In this document: positions 11,153 to 21,593 of the stretch, in pieces | Layout of the letters: every line of letters starts with the position of its first letter | Position numbering within the stretch: position 1 is the first letter of the stretch | Origin: Antedon mediterranea | Taxonomy: Eukaryota > Animalia > Echinodermata | Length of the DNA: 64,000 nt | Direction of reading: 5' to 3' | Assembly: GCF_964355755.1 (NCBI RefSeq) | Contig: NC_092673.1 | Location: 16,675,648-16,739,647, forward strand | Notes under the pieces: model-generated | Databases searched by the model: none | Told to the model about the DNA's origin: nothing | Seen by the model: only the letters and a program-made list of their open reading frames with translations | Program-made: the position numbers and the translations under genes

Positions 11153-11811
11153 ATCATCGAATCGTTTGAAAACCTGTGTCCGTAATCGTTTGGCACCGGT
11201 GGATATCCAATGCTTATCTTGCCACTGTCCAAGTCTGTGCGCATGTAGATGGGTACTTGGTCGTCGTCAGCGTCGTAACCGGGTCCTTGCACCAGTATAA
11301 CATTACCGCTATCTGTGTCGTTGAACAATGTGAACACGTACGCGTTTTTTGTTGAGTACAATGACATTTTAGAAATGCACGTGAACTGTTGATGATCATC
11401 TTCGGATCCTCGACATGGTTCGGAAGGCATCCACGTTCGATCGATGGAGCGCATCAGAAGCGATTGCCCTTCGTCCGACACGATTCGATATCCCGTGTCC
11501 GAGGTGACGACAACGTCGCCAAAGTTCAGTCTACATTTGTGATCATCCAACGAGCGATAGGCACGTTTCAGATGAACGTGAATCGTGCACACGAGAATTA
11601 TGAGCACGATTTGGATGCCGCAGAGGAGTAGGCAAAACTTGTCGTTACGTCTATCATCATGATGGATGTCACTCCTAACTTTGCTTCTATCGGACCTACG
11701 AGTAGTGATTCTGCCAGCCAACCGACCCTTCTTCTTTTCACTGGAGCCGATCGACTCGGTGTCGTCGCCGCTGTACAGATCACTGCGAGTAACGGATTGT
11801 CTTCCCTCCAT
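11104..11811 (-). CDS. Type II membrane protein (putative envelope protein)
   Basis: Charged N-terminus, hydrophobic FCLLLCGIQIVLIILVCTI, Cys-containing ectodomain with an NDT sequon. Confidence 0.6.
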   Translation of the reverse strand: MEGRQSVTRSDLYSGDDTESIGSSEKKKGRLAGRITTRRSDRSKVRSDIHHDDRRNDKFCLLLCGIQIVLIILVCTIHVHLKRAYRSLDDHKCRLNFGDVVVTSDTGYRIVSDEGQSLLMRSIDRTWMPSEPCRGSEDDHQQFTCISKMSLYSTKNAYVFTLFNDTDSGNVILVQGPGYDADDDQVPIYMRTDLDSGKISIGYPPVPNDYGHRFSNDSMIYVDGRVVSQTTSKNL

Positions 11812-12362
11812 CCGTCTTCGTAGTATAAGATATTCGCGCTGGTTCTGTCACTAAAGTCTTTTACGAGCAAATCGTCTATCGATGACAATTTCTTAAAGCC
11901 AACGCGTATGTCGTGCACGAGAATAGACAAACACGATAATAGAAGGATTGAAAAAAGGGCGACAGAAACTTACATGTCATCATCACCACCAGCACCACCG
12001 TTGCCCACGTTAACGTTGTTTACATTGTCGTTAAAGAAACAACCATGATCGTAGAGACTGTTACCGCACCATTTAAGGTACTTTCAAAGACATGTCAATG
12101 TGTCTGTTATCTAATATGGTTTGTAGTGTGTGTCGTCATGATACTCGTCGCTTTATGGGTCGTAAACTTCATCAAACCTTTCATGTGACCAACGCAGTTT
12201 TTTTTTTTTAGCATTCCATCCTAAACTCATGGAAAACGTATGTTCTCGTTATTCTTCGATGAAAGAACCGTCGTTGAAGCAACGAATACCGTGCAGTGAC
12301 TCAATTGTGTGTGAAGAGTCATAAAAAGGTGTGTGAGTGCATTGCAGGTTTCATTCGGTAAC

Positions 12363-13286
12363 ATGAAAAGAAACGTTGACGATCAAGATGGTGCTTTTGC
12401 GCCAATAATTCAGAGAGAACGAAAAGAGCGAAAGATATGTTTTGCTGCTCAAAAGACAGACTCGACTTGTCACGCGGCGAGTCGCAGTGCAGGCACAAGA
12501 TTTAGACAGAGAATGAACGCCGGTGGTAACGTGTCTTTGGTTCAGTCTACGTGCGATATAAAACAGATTGTCGACGAACTTAAAAGGACCAGAGGTGAGT
12601 CAGACATTCTCACAAAAAGCGTACACGAATATCAGAAAGAAGAAGAAGAAGAAGAAGAAGGACCAACATCAGAAATGTACGAGTTGAATTTACGACGAGT
12701 ACTCAAGCAACTGAAAGTTCATGAACACTTTCTAGATCGTGTACGCAACGTACCGAACGAATCACTCGTTCCAGATCAGTGGACGATAGACATGCTCAAT
12801 TTCAACGGGTACGAACACGGATACAGATCGGACGTGCGTGCAAACGTTCGTCGATGCGCTTCAGCCGACTGTGTATCTCGATACGTAAAAAGTGACGACG
12901 GCAACAGTTATACGTTGGGAGAATGCATGAACGTGGACGCAATGAAAACTATTATCATGGGTTGTAATCTGACAGACGTAGGAGCGTCAAACTACTACGG
13001 ACGACCCTATTGTGTATTATGTACCATATCGAATGCTTACCTAACATGTTCAAATCCGTTGGGAGATCGTCGAATTACACTTTGTGACTACATCACATCA
13101 TTCTCTTTTCAAATCATCGACGTGAAAAAAGAGTACAAATTGAAATGTCAGATGACACTGGACGATTCCGATGTACAGTTCGAGTACAGTTACGTGAACG
13201 TGGATGCTATCGTTGATGTACTGCAATGGGTGAAAGAAAAAAGTTCAGAATTGCATAGAATTGATTTTTCAAATTTACGTCGATGA
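12363..13286 (+). CDS. Cys-rich putative Zn-binding viral protein
   Basis: RRCASADC...GECM...PYCVLC; AATAAA immediately after the stop. Confidence 0.6.
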   Translation: MKRNVDDQDGAFAPIIQRERKERKICFAAQKTDSTCHAASRSAGTRFRQRMNAGGNVSLVQSTCDIKQIVDELKRTRGESDILTKSVHEYQKEEEEEEEGPTSEMYELNLRRVLKQLKVHEHFLDRVRNVPNESLVPDQWTIDMLNFNGYEHGYRSDVRANVRRCASADCVSRYVKSDDGNSYTLGECMNVDAMKTIIMGCNLTDVGASNYYGRPYCVLCTISNAYLTCSNPLGDRRITLCDYITSFSFQIIDVKKEYKLKCQMTLDDSDVQFEYSYVNVDAIVDVLQWVKEKSSELHRIDFSNLRR

Positions 13287-13508
13287 AATAAAAATTTAAA
13301 CAAACATATATGTGTTTTATGTGTGTGTGTGTGTGTGTGTGTGTTCATGATGACGACGACGACAAATTGCATTTCACGCATACTATTTCGTCCATCATAA
13401 TCAATCGAACCAATCAAGTATCATCTTGGTAACTTGACGCCACGTTACAATAATAATAATTATTATATACGTCAGTCGTAGGTGTATTACGCGAGACATA
13501 AAATCGCC

Positions 13509-15008
13509 ATGGGGCTCAAGGGAAAATTCTCTGACGTCATTGACAGCAATGCTAAGATTAATCAATCGTTTGGTGAAAACTGTAACGATATTGTGGCCGT
13601 GATGGTGGACGCTACGCAGACATTTCACAAAATCGTTAAACGTAATATAGGAGTTCGTGTTGAGAAATGTTTTCCAGACCTACAATCCTGTATCGAAAAC
13701 TCGAGCGTTATCGGAAACCTGGAAAGTAAGAATTGGCGCAATACAGACAACGGTGTGGTGAACGTGTATCAACATTTCACCGTTCAAGATGTACTAACAG
13801 AATTTCTCAAAGACGCACTGGCATGCGCGGATGACGTTTTAAAAGTGCAACGACGGAAAAGTGATAATGTTTCGCTGAAGGCACTGCTGTTGTTTGTGGA
13901 CGGCGCAGCTCCGTATGCAAAGTCAGTGGAATTGAAACGTAGACGAAGCGTTAAAAAAAAGGGAGTTCAAAACCAAGTGAACAAATTAGGTAGTGTAGAC
14001 GAGAATCTGTGCGCGATTGCCGCTGAAAAGGGCACGTCTGTGTGTCGACAAGAAGACGGCAGTTACATCGGCAGTATAGAATCGTTCATCAGTAGCAGAG
14101 AAAACAAATCGGGTGTCGTTCAAGCTCTTCGATCAACGTTCGAAAAGGATCGACAATACGACCGCGAATACGCCGTTTACACGGTCGTCGGAGCCGGTTT
14201 TGATGACAGCACGACACGAGACTGGTGTCGTCTGTCCACATGCCTTTCGTCAACGCTGGAAAAGTGGTGCTGTGATTTCGAGAGTTTTCTGCCCGATCGA
14301 AACGTATCATCGGAATCAGACATACTGTTTGGCACATTTCATGATATTCTACGCTTCAACGTACAGATTCCTTCGTCCAACATTCTAATGGAAACGTGTG
14401 ACAGTGACTGTTTGTTTACGCTCACCGCCCTTCAATCAGACGCTCTACTGGTACGCAAACTGCCCAGGATCACTTCGTGTTACAGGCTAGGCAAATGGGC
14501 GAGAGACACGCTGTACTGTCCATACGCTAGTCTCAACACTTTGATTGCAGCCTCCTTTCTAGGATCCGATTTTCACACGCATGTCGTTGGCGTCGGTGTA
14601 AAGACGCAAGTTAACATATTCGAGTCAGGATACGCATTTCCATTCATCGAAGTATCGTCGAACGTTGTGAAACCGATATATTCATTCTGTCGAGAAGATG
14701 ATACGACATTGACCAAGTGGCACAATTTGTTGGCACAATACAACAACATGTTCTGTTTTCGATACAAAGATTCTCTGATACCGTTCAGGTACGTTCAGGA
14801 GAACATTGCTTCTTATGCAGAAGACATTGTTCAGATGACGGCAAAGTCATGGAAGGATCGAGTGGAAAAGAACGCTAAAGACCTGGAGAGTTTGGATCGA
14901 CATTTGCGGAAAATGTTCTTTTTTATCGAATACATGACCATCACTGATTCCGGAATAGATTATCGTCTACGAAACAACGGTTCACTTCGAAAAAAATATG
15001 GGTTTTAA
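13509..15008 (+). CDS. FEN1/XPG-family (PIN-like) nuclease: flap endonuclease or vhs-like RNase
   Basis: N-terminal MGLKG, FVDGAAPYAK..ELKRRR, ESD, CDSD, LGSDF, GVGVKT (H3TH) motifs. Confidence 0.8.
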   Translation: MGLKGKFSDVIDSNAKINQSFGENCNDIVAVMVDATQTFHKIVKRNIGVRVEKCFPDLQSCIENSSVIGNLESKNWRNTDNGVVNVYQHFTVQDVLTEFLKDALACADDVLKVQRRKSDNVSLKALLLFVDGAAPYAKSVELKRRRSVKKKGVQNQVNKLGSVDENLCAIAAEKGTSVCRQEDGSYIGSIESFISSRENKSGVVQALRSTFEKDRQYDREYAVYTVVGAGFDDSTTRDWCRLSTCLSSTLEKWCCDFESFLPDRNVSSESDILFGTFHDILRFNVQIPSSNILMETCDSDCLFTLTALQSDALLVRKLPRITSCYRLGKWARDTLYCPYASLNTLIAASFLGSDFHTHVVGVGVKTQVNIFESGYAFPFIEVSSNVVKPIYSFCREDDTTLTKWHNLLAQYNNMFCFRYKDSLIPFRYVQENIASYAEDIVQMTAKSWKDRVEKNAKDLESLDRHLRKMFFFIEYMTITDSGIDYRLRNNGSLRKKYGF

Positions 15009-15090
15009 GAAATTAGAAAAATAAAGACAAAAGCAAATACCATTTTTGTTTTTCTTTTCTTTTATTTCAATAACGTATAAATGTGTGTGC

Positions 15091-15129
<39 letters not shown>

Positions 15130-15140
15130 AGCGTGTGAAA

Positions 15141-16463
15141 ATGGCAAATATCGTGATAGGTGATGATGGAGATTACGAAAACATTCGTCGACATCATGAA
15201 ATGTTTCAGTTTCAAAACTCATGTTTTGCTAAAATAGACGACGTATCGCGAGACGTTTGTCCTGCAAAGAAACCGGGCGACTATGCCATACAAACTGAAC
15301 TGCATTCCGACTGTCAACCGTCGAGGGCGCTGTTTCCAATCGATGTTGATGCCGGCTGTAGTGTTTGGCGGTTCGATAAGGTGTCGGTGACATTGAACGC
15401 AGGCACCTTTGATCCGTCAACGCTGTACGGATGGCGATTGATGGTGATCGACAAAAAGACCAGATTAATGACGCCGGCCTTTTGCCAAAAGGCTGCCATC
15501 ACATGGGCGGGTACGGCCGACGTAATTCGTCAAAACGTTACGGCCGACAAGACTGTCGAGAAAGGAGTAAGAACGGCATGGAGGGTCGAGTACCACGGAA
15601 CGCTGACGGACAAGAAGACTTGCGACGTGGCCGTACCGAGTATGATGAACAACATCAAGAGTGATAACGTACGTCAAGTGTTTGGCACGTCTCTAGTAAA
15701 ACATCTTGTGGAACGAGATTTTCGCGTTGTCATCGATGATTTCCAAAGAGTCGATCACGACACTCAGTCAATCATCATGCCAAAAAGACATGAAAACTTT
15801 GAAGAATACGCAAAGTACATGCAAGATGACGGTTACGGTATCGACGAAATTAACACGGCACACTTTGAGAACGTTGTTCACGCAGCGCTCAAGTCAAACG
15901 GTCGCTTGTTGATGGCCATCTCGGACAGGAATCATTTCGACAAGGATAACTTCAAGAGTAGTAACAAGAACGAGTACATTGTTCCTTTTCCGGTCGTACA
16001 GTCGCTGGTGAGTGTCACAAAGACTTTACATTCACAGTCGAATTACGTTCTCATGAAAGATAAAAGTCTTGTGCTGGAGCTGGACATCAACAACAAGCAA
16101 AACAATTGTTTCGGTTCGATAGAGTTAATCTACGAATACGTGTCGGATCCATTTCCTCTGCCCACTGACCGGCCTTTGAGCGTTGATCAGCTCATCAGAA
16201 GTAACGTGTTACAATTCGACAAGACGCTCACCGACGTATTTACCGGGGGACTGTGCGAAAGTAGCGACGACGACGAGCATAGTGATGAAAAAACACCTGT
16301 ATTACCTCGTCATCATCAACGTGCTGGTGGTGGCGGTGGTGTTGGGGATCATTCCGGTCGTGGTCTTAGATACAACGCAAACGATCACAAGCCGAGAACG
16401 TTTAACGTTGGTGACCGAGAGCGTTTACCGAAAGGTAGGAGATTCGTTGAGGATACGAGGTAA
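15141..16463 (+). CDS. Hypothetical viral protein
   Basis: ~440-aa ORF preceded by TATAAA and a (GT)n tract. Confidence 0.65.
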   Translation: MANIVIGDDGDYENIRRHHEMFQFQNSCFAKIDDVSRDVCPAKKPGDYAIQTELHSDCQPSRALFPIDVDAGCSVWRFDKVSVTLNAGTFDPSTLYGWRLMVIDKKTRLMTPAFCQKAAITWAGTADVIRQNVTADKTVEKGVRTAWRVEYHGTLTDKKTCDVAVPSMMNNIKSDNVRQVFGTSLVKHLVERDFRVVIDDFQRVDHDTQSIIMPKRHENFEEYAKYMQDDGYGIDEINTAHFENVVHAALKSNGRLLMAISDRNHFDKDNFKSSNKNEYIVPFPVVQSLVSVTKTLHSQSNYVLMKDKSLVLELDINNKQNNCFGSIELIYEYVSDPFPLPTDRPLSVDQLIRSNVLQFDKTLTDVFTGGLCESSDDDEHSDEKTPVLPRHHQRAGGGGGVGDHSGRGLRYNANDHKPRTFNVGDRERLPKGRRFVEDTR

Positions 16464-16689
16464 GCCACCGTCATCGACTATGATTCATTGTACGCTTGGC
16501 TGTAAAGAACTGCGTACGTTGTTGGGCGTACGGTGCGTACGCGAACCTCCTCCAGTGTGCATAACATACGTTTCGTGTAGCAACGGATACGATGCAATGT
16601 ACAACGTTACGTCCAGTCAATGGTCTCTAATCGAGTGTACTGCTGCTGCTAATGTTGGTGAGAAACATCGATTGTTTGTTGTAATTTGA
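16285..16689 (+). CDS. Small membrane-anchored Cys-containing protein
   Basis: MKKHLYYLVIINVLVVAVVLGIIPVVVL anchor; overlaps the upstream ORF in another frame. Confidence 0.5.
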   Translation: MKKHLYYLVIINVLVVAVVLGIIPVVVLDTTQTITSRERLTLVTESVYRKVGDSLRIRGKPPSSTMIHCTLGCKELRTLLGVRCVREPPPVCITYVSCSNGYDAMYNVTSSQWSLIECTAAANVGEKHRLFVVI

Positions 16690-16839
16690 TGTACTGACCA
16701 CGCTATACATGTGACGATCACGATAAGGATGACGATTGTGCACAGAACCTCGTCTCTTTCTGCTACTGATTTTGGAAGTCCTTCTGACACCCATATGTAT
16801 TTTGATCGTAATGTAGATGTATCGATGATACTACTGCTG

Positions 16840-16884
<45 letters not shown>

Positions 16885-17276
16885 TTCAGTCCTCTAACAC
16901 GCGCTAAACGTCCAACAATCTTCCATCCGTGTTTTTCGATCGCATACATCAGTCTATCGGGAAAGCTGCTGAGACGAACAAACGGTTGATATTTGCGATA
17001 ATGTGGCGTGTGTCTAGACACTATGATTTGGTGCCTGCTGGTGTCTGCAAGTCTATAACATACGCTCTCCGCGTAATGTAAACAGTTATTTTCGGGAAAG
17101 GTTACGATCACTGGATTAGCGCCGATCACGTACCACGTGTTATTAAGGTGGAAAATCTCTTGATTCAGCACACCTTGTTTTGACATGACAACCGTTCGAC
17201 CTTCTATCACCGCCACCACCACCATCACCACCGCTGAAAAGAGACGAAACGTTTTCAAAATGTTCTCGTGGATCAT
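16617..17276 (-). CDS. Type I membrane glycoprotein
   Basis: Signal-like LFSAVVMVVVAVIEG, poly-Ser stalk, C-terminal TM VLCTIVILIVIVTCIAWSV. Confidence 0.6.
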
Positions 17277-17976
17277 GTCGACGATTTGCAACTGTGGACG
17301 ATATCGATTGCTAGGAGACGAAAATGATAATGATGAAAACGAAGAAGCAGCGGTGAATAAGGTACAAGATCCGAGTAAAGTTTGTGAAAAGATAACAGAG
17401 TTCCACAGTCGTCTCGAAGGATACGTTCGATTGCTTGACGCCAAAAAGCAAGACACCAAAGACTGTATGCAAAAGATTCAATCCGAAATGATATGTCTAC
17501 GCAATCGTATGTACGACGAAGACATTAGTGCTGAAGATGAATTTGACAAGGAAACCGTAAAGGTTGAGATACGTACATTAATGCGAAAAAAAATACAATA
17601 CGAGCAAATGTTCAGTATGCTAAATTCGATGGACGGTAATCTGAACGATATGAAAATCAAAATAGACACGCACAGTCTGAGCAATTCTTTACAGTCGACA
17701 CTGTTGAATCTACCTCCTCACGTCAGCGAAGAGAATTACAAGAAAACGTTGACATTGGCCACAATCTACAACGATAAAGTCAACGAGATGGCACAGAACG
17801 TAAAACTTCCTCTCGACACCGAAACTCTGTGCTCGGAATCAGAATCTTCTCGAGTCGTGGACGATAGAGTGGCGATTCTGCTTAGTCGAAACGGTGAAAC
17901 GCAGCATCAACATCATCATCATCATCATCATCAGATTGAAGACGGTCAACGGCGGTCTTTGGCGTCATCATCGTGA
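17185..17976 (+). CDS. Snf7/CHMP (ESCRT-III)-like coiled-coil protein
   Basis: IRTLMRKKIQYEQMFSMLNSMDGNLNDMKIKIDTHSLSNSLQSTL matches the Snf7 helix-2 pattern (ALxxLKRKKxYExQL...L). Confidence 0.6.
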   Translation: MTTVRPSITATTTITTAEKRRNVFKMFSWIMSTICNCGRYRLLGDENDNDENEEAAVNKVQDPSKVCEKITEFHSRLEGYVRLLDAKKQDTKDCMQKIQSEMICLRNRMYDEDISAEDEFDKETVKVEIRTLMRKKIQYEQMFSMLNSMDGNLNDMKIKIDTHSLSNSLQSTLLNLPPHVSEENYKKTLTLATIYNDKVNEMAQNVKLPLDTETLCSESESSRVVDDRVAILLSRNGETQHQHHHHHHHQIEDGQRRSLASSS

Positions 17977-19059
17977 AGTGTTCTCTTCTCGTATGACGAG
18001 CGTTGCAAACGAATCGACTAGATTTCGGAATTTGTCTATGTTTTCATCGTCACGTAGACCGTGCACTATGTCGGCAACACCCTGGCGCAAACGCATATCT
18101 TTCACGTTGGACTTTGTTGATCCATAACATAGATGAGACGGACGGCAACATCTCGAATGCTCTTCGACGCACAGTTCGCATCTCATTGGATCGTGTCGTA
18201 CAACGTGGCGTTCGTTGTTTTTCCCGTCGTGTGAAAACAGCTCTTTTGGTTTAAGTCCGGCATACTTCCACGTGGCCGTCGTTCTGTAGAAACTCTTACT
18301 GGTCGATAACCAACAACCGCTCGTAGGAAACACTCGACACTTTGTCAGCTTCTTTGTCATCTCTTTCAACAACTTTTCCGGCTGTTCACCTGTACGTATT
18401 GCAATTGCAGACACGTACATTTTATCGAGTGTTTTGTCGTAGTAACGTTCACCGAAATGTTCGCAAAGAGATTTTTCTAACGAAAAGTCATAGTCTGTAT
18501 ACGACATTCTACCACAACCACCATCACCACCAGCACGATAAAAACGACGACTACGACGACGATGTATAGTCCATGATGGGTTTTCTTCTTCTTCTTTTTC
18601 TTCAAATGCGTCACCATTACATCCTTCTTCTCCTGCTTCTCCTCCTCCTCCTCCTCCTCTTTCATCGCAGTCGCCAACGTAAGCTATGTGCAGTTTAGGA
18701 TCGAGTATGCGCCACGCAACTCGGTTGCCGGAGACCATACGAACTACAGCATGACATCCATCCATGACGGCTTCTTTAAGACGAACGTTACATCTAACGG
18801 CGTTTCGTTCGTCCAAAACCATGGCATTTTCCGGCCATCGCATATTCAGACGTACATCATCACGATCGGATGGTTTTTCTACCGCGTAAACAATTTCATT
18901 TCGGCCATACAACCCCATTGGAGCGTTGACGGACGACACGTATCGTGAAAACAGCACATTTGGTAACAGCTCTCGTTGTAAAAATTTCCGTTGTATATTA
19001 TAAAAAGGACGTTTTGTGTCACACGAGAGGCCACGCAACTCTGTTCGATTGGACATCAT
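17968..19059 (-). CDS. Protein with C-terminal HNH/His-Me finger endonuclease domain
   Basis: GCWL...HVVRH...C...CCRPSHLCYGSTKSNVKD matches CVNPxHL.xGT...N..D. Confidence 0.75.
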   Translation of the reverse strand: MMSNRTELRGLSCDTKRPFYNIQRKFLQRELLPNVLFSRYVSSVNAPMGLYGRNEIVYAVEKPSDRDDVRLNMRWPENAMVLDERNAVRCNVRLKEAVMDGCHAVVRMVSGNRVAWRILDPKLHIAYVGDCDERGGGGGGEAGEEGCNGDAFEEKEEEENPSWTIHRRRSRRFYRAGGDGGCGRMSYTDYDFSLEKSLCEHFGERYYDKTLDKMYVSAIAIRTGEQPEKLLKEMTKKLTKCRVFPTSGCWLSTSKSFYRTTATWKYAGLKPKELFSHDGKNNERHVVRHDPMRCELCVEEHSRCCRPSHLCYGSTKSNVKDMRLRQGVADIVHGLRDDENIDKFRNLVDSFATLVIREENTSR

Positions 19060-19882
19060 GAAATCTGAAATTCATAGATGTTACGCTCGTCATAATGGCG
19101 CTAATACCGTGGACATGAACTATCTGATAGAAAAACGTAAACAAATCTCACAAGAAGATGTCAGTGCCGAAGTTTTCGAATATCTATCGGCTGCCTTGCA
19201 TGGGAATCTCGTCAATTTTTGGGAGATTAACGGTTACGATCCGAGACAGTTGAACCTTCATCGTGAGTTACAACGATTGAGAAGTAGTATGTGGGAAATA
19301 AGGGGACGTAACACGGCTGCCGATGTTATACGTCGTTTTCTTCGTATCCGAGAGTCCTATCAAGATTACCAAACGTCTTCGTTGTCCCTCTACTTTGGAT
19401 ACGGCAATTCGGACGTGTTGGACGCACTAAAGAACGTTTTCTATGCCATGCATGAATACGACGACGTACAAACATTTCAGCAATGTAACGAGCAACGAAA
19501 ATTCTCATCGATGGAGGAGCAACAGAATTTGTTGAATCGACACGTCGCTTATTCGTTTCAGACTCTGCTCTATAATGGCGACTGGACTCATGAGTGTAAA
19601 GAACGAGAACAAGGAGAAGTGTTAGATTTTCACGCCGACATCGATGCTTTCCGAAATGAGATATGGACTTCCAGAAATCAATCGGACGTATACAATTACG
19701 TCCGATCGTTTTTTATATTACGACAACGTTATCAGTCGTCGAATAAACAAGGATTCTTTGGACACGGTCAGACGGATGCTATCGAATGTTTGCGCAATGT
19801 TCTATGGAACGTATACAATACTGTAAACGTACATGGACGTCGTCGACGTAATCTTCTTCGTCCTCGTCATTGTCAGAAATAA
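19058..19882 (+). CDS. Hypothetical protein made of two diverged copies of a helical domain
   Basis: LNLHRELQRLR..MW...FLRIRESYQ..YFGYGNSDVLDALKNVF aligns with LDFHADIDAFR..IW...FFILRQRYQ..FFGHGQTDAIECLRNVL. Confidence 0.7.
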   Translation: MKSEIHRCYARHNGANTVDMNYLIEKRKQISQEDVSAEVFEYLSAALHGNLVNFWEINGYDPRQLNLHRELQRLRSSMWEIRGRNTAADVIRRFLRIRESYQDYQTSSLSLYFGYGNSDVLDALKNVFYAMHEYDDVQTFQQCNEQRKFSSMEEQQNLLNRHVAYSFQTLLYNGDWTHECKEREQGEVLDFHADIDAFRNEIWTSRNQSDVYNYVRSFFILRQRYQSSNKQGFFGHGQTDAIECLRNVLWNVYNTVNVHGRRRRNLLRPRHCQK

Positions 19883-19908
19883 ATAAAAAAAGAAAACAAC
19901 AATATAGG

Positions 19909-20325
19909 CTATGTTTGATTTATTCTTTTATAAAATCGGCACGATTTCTGTCTTTTTTCGTATTGTGATCGTTTAGATTTTACAAAATGTTCAGATAATT
20001 TCGTGTCGGTAAATTTAATTAATCTCCATATCTTATGTACTAGTCTATTGTATTCGCTAATTTTGTCCTTTTTCTTATTCCTCCTCTTATTCTTCTTCTT
20101 CTTCTTCTTCTTCATAATCATGCTATATTCCAACATATCCAACAAGTTCATCAAGTCAAATTTAAACGATCTTCGAAACGCCTGCAATTGTTCACGGTTT
20201 GACTGTATTTCCATGACTCTGGAAAATGATTGAAGCAAGTGAAATATCTCTACACCGTACCGTAAAGCTTCGTCAAACAACTCCATTCGTCTTTCACGAA
20301 GCCAAGCGTATTGCCGATCAGACAT
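19909..20325 (-). CDS. Small basic protein with poly-Lys (NLS-like)
   Basis: ORF from MSDRQY; KKKKKKKNKRRNKKK. Confidence 0.5.
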   Translation of the reverse strand: MSDRQYAWLRERRMELFDEALRYGVEIFHLLQSFSRVMEIQSNREQLQAFRRSFKFDLMNLLDMLEYSMIMKKKKKKKNKRRNKKKDKISEYNRLVHKIWRLIKFTDTKLSEHFVKSKRSQYEKRQKSCRFYKRINQT

Positions 20326-20333
20326 TCTTGTGT

Positions 20334-21593
20334 TTACACGCAATATGTTTTAAAATGCAAATGTTCGTTGTAACAGTCACGTATCGACGACGTCGTTTCT
20401 ACTTTACGTTTTCTCGGCACCTTGACACGCGAACACACTGAAGACTGAATCGATAATGTTCGATTGTTTATGTCGTACAATATTTCTTCCATACGATATC
20501 TGTACTCACGTTTCCACCTTTCGATCACTTCTACGTCTTTCAATCTGTTAGCAATCGACAGTGCCAACGTTTCGATATCCATCATTCCACGTTCACCGTC
20601 TCTTGTTAGATAACACGAACACAGCAACATCTCAGTCTTTTCTCTCTGATAGACATGCATTACTTCGTTGACTTTCACACGTCCAATTTCACCATCACTC
20701 AAGCACAATTTATAACCTTTTCGGTAACATCGAGGATGACAATAGTATACATCCACCCAAATCGAGTTTGTCTCTGGAAGAGGTACAATTTTCGGTTGAA
20801 ATCTGCTATGTGTACATGGATATTTGCAAATCACAAACGATTTAATCAGTCGAGGAGAAGGTGAACGTAGCTGGTACACGGCGTGAATCGTATTCTCGAG
20901 TAGTGTAATCAAACGCAAATGCGTTCCCGTACCTTCCCAGACAAATACTGTTTGACAGTACACTACTATCGCGTACACATTATTCTCTGTTGCGTCTTCG
21001 GTTATGATCTTCCACCAAAGCAACTTGCATTCCATGTCTCCACTCCTCTGTATATTCCATCCAAACAACCGTTTACCGTTTACACTAGCCGAGATTGTAT
21101 GCGAATTCATTTCCATTTCGATACGATTATCAGTAGTATTGGAGGCAAACAACATCGGCTCACAATAAGACATCAAACTGTTGGTGTAGTCGATAATCAT
21201 TTCCGTACACGCGGAAAGATGTTTAGCGAACGTGTTGACGTTCAACACGTCAAAATCATTGACGTATCCAAGCACTACACGTTCCACCTGAGCGTAAAGG
21301 GCCGTGTACAGTCGATTGCAAAGTAACATGTACGAAGAAAGTATCATCGCGTCAACGTACATGGCGGCGTCGCTGTACGCCAATTCCAGTTTACCGTCGC
21401 TCTCGATGAACATGAAAAGCCGTTCGGTTACATGCATCGAGACTGGTACTTTGATACTCATTATTGCAGTTCGACGAAATCTGTTCCAACCATTTACCAT
21501 CCCGCATAGCTCAGTCCATTGTAATAGACTCTGTTCTGGCGTAAACAATTGACATTCATCATCTTCTGACTTTACGTTGATGATGAAAGCCAT
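20334..21593 (-). CDS. Protein with BTB/POZ-like N-terminus and beta-rich C-terminus
   Basis: IKVPVSMHVTERLFMFIESDGKL...VDAMILSSYML resembles the BTB consensus. Confidence 0.4.
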   Translation of the reverse strand: MAFIINVKSEDDECQLFTPEQSLLQWTELCGMVNGWNRFRRTAIMSIKVPVSMHVTERLFMFIESDGKLELAYSDAAMYVDAMILSSYMLLCNRLYTALYAQVERVVLGYVNDFDVLNVNTFAKHLSACTEMIIDYTNSLMSYCEPMLFASNTTDNRIEMEMNSHTISASVNGKRLFGWNIQRSGDMECKLLWWKIITEDATENNVYAIVVYCQTVFVWEGTGTHLRLITLLENTIHAVYQLRSPSPRLIKSFVICKYPCTHSRFQPKIVPLPETNSIWVDVYYCHPRCYRKGYKLCLSDGEIGRVKVNEVMHVYQREKTEMLLCSCYLTRDGERGMMDIETLALSIANRLKDVEVIERWKREYRYRMEEILYDINNRTLSIQSSVCSRVKVPRKRKVETTSSIRDCYNEHLHFKTYCV

